In this document: positions 40,264 through 48,586 of the stretch, one piece after another | How the letters are laid out: each line of letters starts with the position of its first letter | How positions within the stretch are numbered: position 1 is the stretch's first letter | NCBI GenBank assembly: GCA_021773245.1 | Contig: JAJFKK010000124.1 | Span: forward strand, 31,336 to 95,335 | Source of the DNA: Gammaproteobacteria bacterium | Lineage (GTDB): Bacteria > Pseudomonadota > Gammaproteobacteria > Eutrophobiales > Eutrophobiaceae | DNA: 64,000 nucleotides | Direction of reading: 5' to 3' | The notes under the pieces: generated by a model | Databases searched by the model: none | What the model was told of the DNA's origin: nothing | What the model saw: only the letters and a program-made list of their open reading frames with translations | Made by a program: the position numbers and the translations under genes

Positions 40264-41529
40264 ATGGCAGTGCCCAAGAATGCATTTTATGCTCAGTCTG
40301 GTGGAGTAACGGCTGTTATCAACGCTAGTGCCTGTGGTCTGATTGAGACAGCAAGAAAACATAGGGACAAGATCGCAAATGTTTATGCAGGTCGTAACGG
40401 TATTATTGGTGCATTAACCGAAGACTTAATTGATACGAACCTTGAATCAGAAGCAGATATTGCTGCGCTTCGTCATACGCCGTCCGGAGCATTTGGGTCT
40501 TGTCGTTACAAGCTTAAAGGTTTGGAAGAAAACAAGGCAGAATATGAGCGTTTGATTGAAGTTTTCAAAGCGCATGATATAGGCTATTTCTTTTATAACG
40601 GCGGCGGGGATTCAGCTGACACCTGCCATAAGATTTCTCAAATTTCAGAGAAAATGGGTTTCCCTATTCAAGCGGTTCATGTTCCTAAAACGGTAGATAA
40701 TGACTTACCGATCACCGATGTTTGCCCGGGTTTCGGTTCAGTTGCCAAATATATTGCGATATCCACTCGTGAAGCGTCATTCGATGTTTGTTCGATGGCA
40801 AAAACATCAACAAAAGTATTCGTGCTCGAAGTGATGGGTCGTCATGCTGGCTGGATTGCTGCCGCTGGTGGATTAGCAGCTGATGCCGACAATGATATTC
40901 CTGTCGTTATTCTTTTTCCTGAAGTGGAGTTTAATCAAGAAGCATTCATTGCAAAGGTCAAAGAAAAAATAGAACAATATGGTTATTGCTCTATTGTTGT
41001 TTCAGAAGGCGCCCATTGGTCTGATGGAAAATTTTTAGCTGAACAAGGTACGCGAGATGCATTTGGTCATGCTCAGTTAGGTGGTGCAGCGCCGGTAGTT
41101 GCTAATATGGTTAAGGATGCCTTGGGACATAAGTTTCATTGGGCAGTTGCAGATTATTTGCAACGGGCAGCCAGACATATCGCTTCAAAGACCGATGTTG
41201 AACAAGCATATGCGTTGGGAAAGGCCGCAGTTGAAATGGCAATAGCTGGAGAAAATGCGGTTATGCCAACGATTGATAGAAAATCAGACGTTCCTTATGT
41301 ATGGGAAATTGGTAAAGCAAAATTGGAAAACGTCGCCAATGTTGAAAAAATGATGCCTAAAGATTTTATTACCGAAGATGGTTTTGGTATTACTGAAGCG
41401 TGTCGTCGTTACCTTGCACCATTGATAGAAGGTGAAGACTATCCTCCTTATGAAAATGGTTTGCCTAAATATGTAACATTAAAAAATAATCCCGTAGATA
41501 AAATTCTAAATACAGCGTTTGAGCTTTAG
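40264..41529 (+). CDS. pfp: Pyrophosphate-dependent 6-phosphofructokinase
   Basis: 421 aa. PFK fold with GGDGS-like NGGGDS and the long-type PPi-PFK architecture. Confidence 0.85.
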   Translation: MAVPKNAFYAQSGGVTAVINASACGLIETARKHRDKIANVYAGRNGIIGALTEDLIDTNLESEADIAALRHTPSGAFGSCRYKLKGLEENKAEYERLIEVFKAHDIGYFFYNGGGDSADTCHKISQISEKMGFPIQAVHVPKTVDNDLPITDVCPGFGSVAKYIAISTREASFDVCSMAKTSTKVFVLEVMGRHAGWIAAAGGLAADADNDIPVVILFPEVEFNQEAFIAKVKEKIEQYGYCSIVVSEGAHWSDGKFLAEQGTRDAFGHAQLGGAAPVVANMVKDALGHKFHWAVADYLQRAARHIASKTDVEQAYALGKAAVEMAIAGENAVMPTIDRKSDVPYVWEIGKAKLENVANVEKMMPKDFITEDGFGITEACRRYLAPLIEGEDYPPYENGLPKYVTLKNNPVDKILNTAFEL

Positions 41530-41538
41530 GTTCATAAG

Positions 41539-42156
41539 ATGTCAGACAAGTTATATTATGCTTACGATCCAATGTGTAGCTGGTGTTATGCATTCAGGCC
41601 AACATTCAATACGCTAATAGAGAAATTACCAAAGCAGCTTGAGGTTATTTCTTTACTAGGTGGTTTAGCAGTGGATAGTGATAAGCCCATGCCTGAAGAA
41701 ACGCAAGCGTTTGTAAAAGCGAATTGGCAAAGAATTGAAGAGCAGGTTCCGGGAACAAAATTTAATTATGATTTCTGGAAACATTGCCAGCCACGAAGAA
41801 GTACTTATCCGGCATGTCGGGCGGTTATTGCGGCTCGGGAGCAAGGCGAAGAATATGATCTAGAAATGATCTATGCCATTCAACAAGCGTATTATTTACA
41901 AGCTCGAAACCCTTCCGATATTACAACGCTATGTGAATTAGCCGTTGAGATTGGTTTGGATAAAGATAAGTTCGCTAATGATATTCAGTCATTGGAAGTA
42001 GATGAGATGTTGCGACAAGAAATAAAGCAATCACGACGTTTAGGATTAAATAGCTTTCCAGGGTTTTTGCTGGAAACAGCAAATCAGAGCGTCAGAATTG
42101 ATCCTGATTATTTGACTATTGATGTTATGTTGGAAAAGATAAACCGATATTTTTAA
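41539..42156 (+). CDS. DsbA-family thioredoxin-fold protein (COG3531-like predicted disulfide isomerase)
   Basis: YAYDPMCSWCYAF N-terminal CxxC in a DsbA/FrnE-like context. Confidence 0.7.
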   Translation: MSDKLYYAYDPMCSWCYAFRPTFNTLIEKLPKQLEVISLLGGLAVDSDKPMPEETQAFVKANWQRIEEQVPGTKFNYDFWKHCQPRRSTYPACRAVIAAREQGEEYDLEMIYAIQQAYYLQARNPSDITTLCELAVEIGLDKDKFANDIQSLEVDEMLRQEIKQSRRLGLNSFPGFLLETANQSVRIDPDYLTIDVMLEKINRYF

Positions 42157-42211
42157 TCATTAGATATTTTCTGTAACCTCAATACACTTTAATTTAAGAT
42201 AATAAAAAATA

Positions 42212-43837
42212 ATGACACGTTTTATCCACGGATTTTCTTTAGATAATTTACGCGGCGATATTTATGGTGGCTTAACGGCTGCTGTTGTTGCTTTACCTCT
42301 CGCTCTTGCTTTTGGTGTTGCTTCTGGTGCTGGTCCATTAGCAGGCATGTATGGCGCAATACTGGTTGGTTTTTTTGCTGCTATTTTCGGTGGCACACCA
42401 TCTCAAGTCTCTGGCCCTACTGGCCCGATGACGGTGGTTATGACTGGCATTATCATGCACTTTGCAGGGAACCCGGCGATGGCATTTACCGTTGTTATGC
42501 TTGGTGGCGTATTTCAAATTATTTTTGGTATGTTGAAGTTTGGACGTTTTATCAACCTTGTGCCTTATCCGGTAGTCTCCGGATTCATGAGCGGTATTGG
42601 TTGTATTATCATTATCTTGCAACTTGCGCCGCTAGTAGGTGGAGAATCCGTTAAGGGGATTTTGCAATCCGTCTTGGCTTTGCCTAATTTAATTCACCAG
42701 ATGCAAACTCACGCGTTTAGCTTGGGACTCATTGCATTAGCCATTGTTTGTTTTCTTCCTAAACAGATTAGCCGTTATATCCCTGGTCCTTTATTAGCAT
42801 TAATCGTTGGCACAATAGCGGGAGTCATGTTTTTTAAAGATGCGAGTGTTATCGGTGAGATCCCAACCGGTTTGCCTAGTATGCAATTACCCGTTTTTTC
42901 AGTGGAAGAATTTGCCACCATTATTCAATTCTCTTTGATTCTTGCGTTTCTTGGATCAATTGATTCCTTATTAACGTCATTAATTGCGGATAGTGTTACT
43001 AGAACACATCATAAATCTGATCGTGAATTAGTCGGCCAAGGTATCGGTAATATTGTTGCTGGGTTGTTTGGCGCTATTCCTGGTGCAGGTGCAACGATGC
43101 GAACCGTAGTTAATGTTCGTGCTGGAGGACGTACGCCGATCTCGGGAGCGTTACATGCCATCGTTTTATTGTTAATGGTGTTAGGTTTGGGAGGTCTCGC
43201 TGAACATATTCCTCATGCCGTACTTGCAGGTATTTTGCTTAAAGTCGGTTATGACATTATTGATTGGAATTACGTTAAACGTCTTCATCAGGTTCCACGA
43301 TCCGGTGTACTGATAATGTTAACCACACTAGTGTTAACAGTATTGGTTGATCTTGTTACAGCTGTTGCGGTAGGAACAATTATGGCGAGCATGCTATTTG
43401 TTAAACGTATGGCAAATACTCAGGCAGAAAGCATGAAGATTGTAGGCGGAGCCGGTGATTGGCATGCATTGACTGAAGAAGAAGTTGCCTTATTTGATCG
43501 TGCCAATGGCCGTATTGTTTTATTTCATATAGAAGGGCCAATGAGTTTCGGATCGACTAAAGACATTGTGCAATTATTAACGGCTGATCGTGAACAAGAT
43601 GTACTTATTCTTGATTTTACCGATGTCACGTTTATCGACAGTAGCGCAACATTTGCAGTTGAAGAAGTAGTCAGACAAGCACAGGATGATAATGACTCAG
43701 TTATTATTTGCGGCATGAGTGAATCAGTCGAAAAAGTAATACGAAGTATTGGCGTGAATAAACTTTTGCCATATGAATATATAAAGAAAACAAGACTACA
43801 AGCGTTGCAATTTTCAGAGGAGATACTGAAAAAGTAG
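42212..43837 (+). CDS. SulP-family anion transporter with C-terminal STAS domain
   Basis: 541 aa. SulP signature region SQVSGPTGPMTV and a STAS domain at the C-terminus. Confidence 0.85.
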   Translation: MTRFIHGFSLDNLRGDIYGGLTAAVVALPLALAFGVASGAGPLAGMYGAILVGFFAAIFGGTPSQVSGPTGPMTVVMTGIIMHFAGNPAMAFTVVMLGGVFQIIFGMLKFGRFINLVPYPVVSGFMSGIGCIIIILQLAPLVGGESVKGILQSVLALPNLIHQMQTHAFSLGLIALAIVCFLPKQISRYIPGPLLALIVGTIAGVMFFKDASVIGEIPTGLPSMQLPVFSVEEFATIIQFSLILAFLGSIDSLLTSLIADSVTRTHHKSDRELVGQGIGNIVAGLFGAIPGAGATMRTVVNVRAGGRTPISGALHAIVLLLMVLGLGGLAEHIPHAVLAGILLKVGYDIIDWNYVKRLHQVPRSGVLIMLTTLVLTVLVDLVTAVAVGTIMASMLFVKRMANTQAESMKIVGGAGDWHALTEEEVALFDRANGRIVLFHIEGPMSFGSTKDIVQLLTADREQDVLILDFTDVTFIDSSATFAVEEVVRQAQDDNDSVIICGMSESVEKVIRSIGVNKLLPYEYIKKTRLQALQFSEEILKK

Positions 43838-44090
43838 GCCAAAGCAAACTCCTTTCCCATAGGTGACCAAATATTTCTGTTTTCCAGTTTGAGAAAAGCA
43901 TCAATAATATAAGTGATTGATATTAATATATAATACTTCCTCTCCCCTTGTTTTTTGATAGCCAATTTCTTGAGTAATTGACCAAGAAAAGAAGTCTCTA
44001 AATCAGCTATAATTATATTTCTCATGGGCATAAGGACGTTGTTTGAGAGTAATACCGAAATAATAAAAATTATTAAATCCGGAATAAGAG

Positions 44091-45338
44091 ATGGCTGATA
44101 GTTTAATTGGGGAAATCATCGCCTGTCACGAGTGCGATAACCTGCATCATTATGAATTGATCCCTGTTGGTGCAAAAGCCAATTGCCTGCACTGTGGAAA
44201 TTTATTATATAGACACGTTCCCGATTCTATAAACCGAACTTTAGCCTTATATCTTACTGCTCTATTCCTTTTTATTATTGCTAATACCTTTCCTTTTCTT
44301 TCTCTTGAGCTAGGTGGCCGGGTAGTTGAGAATATTTTATTTTCCAGTGGTTGGGCGATGTATGAGTTAGGTATGGGTGAATTAGGCGTCCTTATTTTTT
44401 TAACGAGTATTTTGTTTCCGTTAATTGTTATTGTTGGCATGCTCTATTTATTAATACCTGCAAGTTTAGGGAAAGTTGCACCACATATGGGACAAGTCTA
44501 CCGTATTATCAATGCATTACTTCCCTGGAGTTTGATTGGTGTGTTTATGCTGGGTGTGTTGATAGGCATTGTTAAACTACAAGATCTGGCTAATGTCATT
44601 TTCGGCCCTGCAATTATTGCCTTAGCCTTATTATTGCTTGTCTATACTGCGGCGAGGGCAAGTTTTAATCCTCATGAATTATGGTCATTAACCGAACATA
44701 CATCGTTGGACCTTTCCAGTGATGAACTAGCGAATAAAAATATTATCAATTGTCATACTTGTGGTTTTCTTAGCCTCGAATCAGGTGAACATCAACATTG
44801 CTTACGATGTGATTCACAATTACATCATAGAATAAATAACAGTGTTGAAACGACATGGGCATTATTAATTTCAGCAGTTGTACTTCTAATACCAGCAAAT
44901 CTTTATCCGGTAATGACGGTGATACGTTTTGGTCAGGGCGAACCAAATACGATTTTGAGTGGTGTCCTGCATTTAATCGAATCTGGCATGTGGGGTTTGG
45001 CGATGATTGTATTTGTTGCCAGCATTGTCGTTCCAGTAACGAAATTAATTATTTTGAGTTTTTTATTAATTAGTGTTCAAAAAAAATCAGTTTGGCGTCC
45101 GCGCGACCGAACCTTGCTTTATCGTGTGACGGAAGTAGTTGGTGCCTGGTCTATGGTTGATATTTTTCTGGTTGGCTTGTTATCCGCATTAGTAAGTTTG
45201 GGTGCTTTATCAACAATACGTCCGGGAGTTGGTGCAATTTTCTTTGCCGGAGCAGTAGTAGTGACGATGTTTGCCGCGCAAAGTTTTGATTCGCGCCTGA
45301 TTTGGGATAATGTTAGGGAAAAAGAAACTGAAAATTAG
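44091..45338 (+). CDS. pqiA: Intermembrane transport protein PqiA
   Basis: Two PqiA repeats, each beginning with a CxxC...CxxC zinc-ribbon-like motif, and 8 TM. Confidence 0.85.
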   Translation: MADSLIGEIIACHECDNLHHYELIPVGAKANCLHCGNLLYRHVPDSINRTLALYLTALFLFIIANTFPFLSLELGGRVVENILFSSGWAMYELGMGELGVLIFLTSILFPLIVIVGMLYLLIPASLGKVAPHMGQVYRIINALLPWSLIGVFMLGVLIGIVKLQDLANVIFGPAIIALALLLLVYTAARASFNPHELWSLTEHTSLDLSSDELANKNIINCHTCGFLSLESGEHQHCLRCDSQLHHRINNSVETTWALLISAVVLLIPANLYPVMTVIRFGQGEPNTILSGVLHLIESGMWGLAMIVFVASIVVPVTKLIILSFLLISVQKKSVWRPRDRTLLYRVTEVVGAWSMVDIFLVGLLSALVSLGALSTIRPGVGAIFFAGAVVVTMFAAQSFDSRLIWDNVREKETEN

Positions 45339-45340
45339 AA

Positions 45341-47035
45341 ATGGAAATCTCAAGCCCAAAAGTTAGCAAACGTTCTGGCCCTTCTGTTGTCTGGATAATT
45401 CCATTCCTTACTTTGCTTGTCGGTGGCTGGCTAATAGTAAAAACGCTCTCCGAACAAGGCCCGCAGGCGAGTATTAGTTTTAAAACGGCGGAAGGCATTG
45501 AAGTAGGCAAGACTAAAATCAAATATAAGAGTGTTGATATTGGTGTTGTTGAACATATTAAATTTAGTGATGATTTTTCTAATGTCATTTTAACTGCGGA
45601 ATTTAGTCAAGGATCAGAGAAGTTCTTGCATCGCGGTACTCGCTTTTGGGTGGTTAAACCTCAACTTGGGTTACAAGGCGCGTCTGGATTGAGCACTTTA
45701 ATATCCGGCGCTTATATTGAAATTGAACCAGGGCCCGGTGCTCAACAACGGCATTTTATCGGTTTAGAAAAGCAACCTGTCATTAAAGCCGATGAACAGG
45801 GAAAGGAGATTGTATTAATTACGAATAAACTTGGTTCAATAGATCGAGGCTCGCCTATTTATTTTCAAGGTTTGCTAGCTGGTGAAGTTCTTGGTCATGA
45901 ACTCGGCAATGATCAGAAGAGTGTTTACATTCATGCTTTTATTAAAGATCCGTTTGATCAACTAATTCGTGGTAATACTAATTTTTGGAATGTTAGCGGT
46001 ATTAATGTCTCAATGAGTGCGGATGGCTTTAAAGTAAAAACCGAATCACTTCGCTCTATGATGTTTGGCGGTATCGCGTTTGATACACCGGAAACACTAG
46101 AGTTAGTCACGACTGATGTTGATAACCTGGTTTTTACTTTGCATGATAGTTTTGAAGCGATTCAGGAAAACTCTTATACCCGAAAGCTTAAGTTTATTAT
46201 GTTCTTTGACAGTTCAGTCCGTGGCTTAACTATTGGTGCGCCGGTTGAGTTTAAAGGTATTAAAGTTGGCTCTGTACTCGATGTTAGACTTGAATTTGAT
46301 AGTGATGACACATCATTTCGTATTCCAGTATTAATTGAAATTGAACTACAACGAATTATTGAACGTGGAAATGAAGATAGTGGTTCGACATATGAAACAT
46401 TGGGTAAATTAGTTGAGCGTGGACTTCGTGCGCGTTTGCAAACAGGGAGTTTGTTGACCAGCCAATTGTATGTTGAATTGGATATGCATCCTGATTCTCC
46501 CATCAATATTAGTGGTGAAGAAACAGCATTCCCAGAATTACCGACTTTACCAACAGCTAATTTTGGCGCAATAACTCAATCTGCTGAAAAATTATTGGCG
46601 AAACTAAATGCAATTGATATTGATAATGTTTCAACTGTATTACTTGAAACAATAACTAATGCAAATAGCACGTTGCAGATTGCAGACGAAACAATCACCA
46701 ACGCTAATGCGTTAATTACTTTACCAGGCATTCCGACGGCAATAGAAGATATGCAAGCTTCATTAAGTAATTTTAAAAATATAATGCAGAAAATAGATGC
46801 TTCTAATATTACAGAGGCGATCGATGCCGGTCATCTTGCTCTGGAAAGTTTAACCGTTACATTAGGTAAAACGAATAATATTTTAGAACCAAATTCACCG
46901 GCACAATATAACTTGATAAAACTAACTGGTGAACTTGAAGAGACCGCACGTTCAATACGATCATTGGTCGAGACTTTGGAGCGCAATCCGCAAGCTTTAA
47001 TTTTTGGCAAGGATAAAAAGGCCAAAGGAGAATAA
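45341..47035 (+). CDS. pqiB: Intermembrane transport protein PqiB (triple MCE domains)
   Basis: 564 aa, N-terminal TM, three MCE-like domains, C-terminal helical needle. Confidence 0.85.
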   Translation: MEISSPKVSKRSGPSVVWIIPFLTLLVGGWLIVKTLSEQGPQASISFKTAEGIEVGKTKIKYKSVDIGVVEHIKFSDDFSNVILTAEFSQGSEKFLHRGTRFWVVKPQLGLQGASGLSTLISGAYIEIEPGPGAQQRHFIGLEKQPVIKADEQGKEIVLITNKLGSIDRGSPIYFQGLLAGEVLGHELGNDQKSVYIHAFIKDPFDQLIRGNTNFWNVSGINVSMSADGFKVKTESLRSMMFGGIAFDTPETLELVTTDVDNLVFTLHDSFEAIQENSYTRKLKFIMFFDSSVRGLTIGAPVEFKGIKVGSVLDVRLEFDSDDTSFRIPVLIEIELQRIIERGNEDSGSTYETLGKLVERGLRARLQTGSLLTSQLYVELDMHPDSPINISGEETAFPELPTLPTANFGAITQSAEKLLAKLNAIDIDNVSTVLLETITNANSTLQIADETITNANALITLPGIPTAIEDMQASLSNFKNIMQKIDASNITEAIDAGHLALESLTVTLGKTNNILEPNSPAQYNLIKLTGELEETARSIRSLVETLERNPQALIFGKDKKAKGE

Positions 47036-47040
47036 TAATT

Positions 47041-47655
47041 ATGTGGAACACACGATATAAAGTAATAACTTTGTTATTTGTCGTTAGCTTATTAAGTGCG
47101 TGTATGGGAAGCGGCGCGACAACGCCAATAAGATATTACCTTGTTGAACCGGTAGAGTATCCAGGCAGATCACTTAAGGCAGTCAGGCCACTAAGTATAG
47201 AAATTCTTGATCTGCATATTCCTCAGTATCTGGAACGATTTCAGATTGCTTCACGCAGTAGTGAAAGTCGACTTGAGTTCTCTGATGATAATCAGTGGGG
47301 AGAAAACTTACGTAAGAATTTGCTACGAAGTATGGCGAGAAACTTATCAAGGCAGCTTTCAACGATTGATATAGGTACACCTTTGAATCGATCGTCATCA
47401 TTACCAGATTATCGTGTGCAAATTCATATTGAGCAATTTGAACAAGATATTGATAACAAGGTGAAGTTAATGGCTCGATGGCAATTAACCAGCGGTGAAG
47501 AATCAAAGTCACTTGGCGTATTTGGTGCTGAATTAGCAAGTGAACAAGTTATTGAAAAAGATAATTACGATCAAATGATCTTATCCATGCGTCAGCTATA
47601 CGGTGAGCTTAGTGAACGGATAGCCGATAGTATAATTGCCCAAGAAAATAATTAG
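47041..47655 (+). CDS. pqiC: PqiC/YmbA-family lipoprotein
   Basis: Lipobox LLSACMG and ABC-transport-auxiliary lipoprotein fold. Immediately after pqiB. Confidence 0.75.
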   Translation: MWNTRYKVITLLFVVSLLSACMGSGATTPIRYYLVEPVEYPGRSLKAVRPLSIEILDLHIPQYLERFQIASRSSESRLEFSDDNQWGENLRKNLLRSMARNLSRQLSTIDIGTPLNRSSSLPDYRVQIHIEQFEQDIDNKVKLMARWQLTSGEESKSLGVFGAELASEQVIEKDNYDQMILSMRQLYGELSERIADSIIAQENN

Positions 47656-48586
47656 AAAACTAACTGGGAAAGTTATACAAAATTTAACAATGAAACTCCG
47701 GTCTCAACAAAACACGGTTATCGTTGCACTTATGACTTCATGTCTATTTGTACAGAATAGTTTTGCTTTAATAAGTGAAGAAACTAGTGGCATTGAAATA
47801 ATGGAAGAAGTACAAAAACGACATCAGCAATTTCCTTATATTTATGAAGAACAGTCTATGGTTATGGAAGATAGACATGGTAAACGTGATACACGTAAAG
47901 CCAGACGTTATTCAAGAATGGAAGAAGATGGTTCGGTAAAGTTTCTTTTATTATTTGATTATCCAAAGGAAGTAAAAGGTGTTGCCTTGTTAGCTAATCG
48001 TGACGCGAATGGTAATACAAATAAATATATCTATTTGCCTGCATTAGGTGAACAGCTAATCGAAAGTACGGGTGAAGGAAGTAATGACAATTTTCTCGGC
48101 ACTGATTTTTCAGTTGAAAATTTAACAGGTGAAATACTTATTGAACATGCTTATGTTCGACGTAATGATAAAGAAATTAAAGGTATAAAATATTTTGTGA
48201 TTGATGTTTATAGTGCAAATGGACTCATGTCAGAAAAACAAGTTTTAAGACGACACTTTATTCAACAAGACAATCTATACATTACTCTTACTCATCATTT
48301 TGATAAGCAAGGTCGAGTTTCACGTATACAAAGTCACCATGATCTCAAGCCCGTTGATGGTGATATGTGGCGTGCTAACATGATTCTTATGGTAGATAAG
48401 AGAGAACGACATCAATCATTAATAAAAATATCAAAGCGAATTTTTTCGCATGATTATGTTCCGGCTGAAGTTTTTACCGCTAAGTGGTTATATGAAAATT
48501 ATCCTTATATTGAATCTCCGGATAATTCAGATGTTGAAGAAGATTCGGTAGTGTCGAACGAGACAACAGAGGAAAATGCAGAATGA
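47636..48586 (+). CDS. LolA-like outer-membrane lipoprotein-sorting family protein (partner of MMPL exporters)
   Basis: Signal peptide (likely true start near 47690, MKLRSQQ...). About 260-aa LolA-like periplasmic domain. Overlaps the downstream MMPL gene by 4 bp. Confidence 0.6.
   Translation: MPKKIIRKLTGKVIQNLTMKLRSQQNTVIVALMTSCLFVQNSFALISEETSGIEIMEEVQKRHQQFPYIYEEQSMVMEDRHGKRDTRKARRYSRMEEDGSVKFLLLFDYPKEVKGVALLANRDANGNTNKYIYLPALGEQLIESTGEGSNDNFLGTDFSVENLTGEILIEHAYVRRNDKEIKGIKYFVIDVYSANGLMSEKQVLRRHFIQQDNLYITLTHHFDKQGRVSRIQSHHDLKPVDGDMWRANMILMVDKRERHQSLIKISKRIFSHDYVPAEVFTAKWLYENYPYIESPDNSDVEEDSVVSNETTEENAE

Noticed and set aside
40061-40309. 82-aa plus-strand ORF upstream of and overlapping pfp
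   Set aside because: Lies across the palindromic element at 40047-40197 and overlaps the pfp start in another frame. No RBS or family support.
43525-44031. 168-aa minus-strand ORF overlapping the 3' end of the SulP gene and the AT-rich intergenic region
   Set aside because: Overlaps a strongly supported gene on the other strand. The translation is Ile/Ser/Leu-rich with no recognisable domain, likely an AT-rich artefact.
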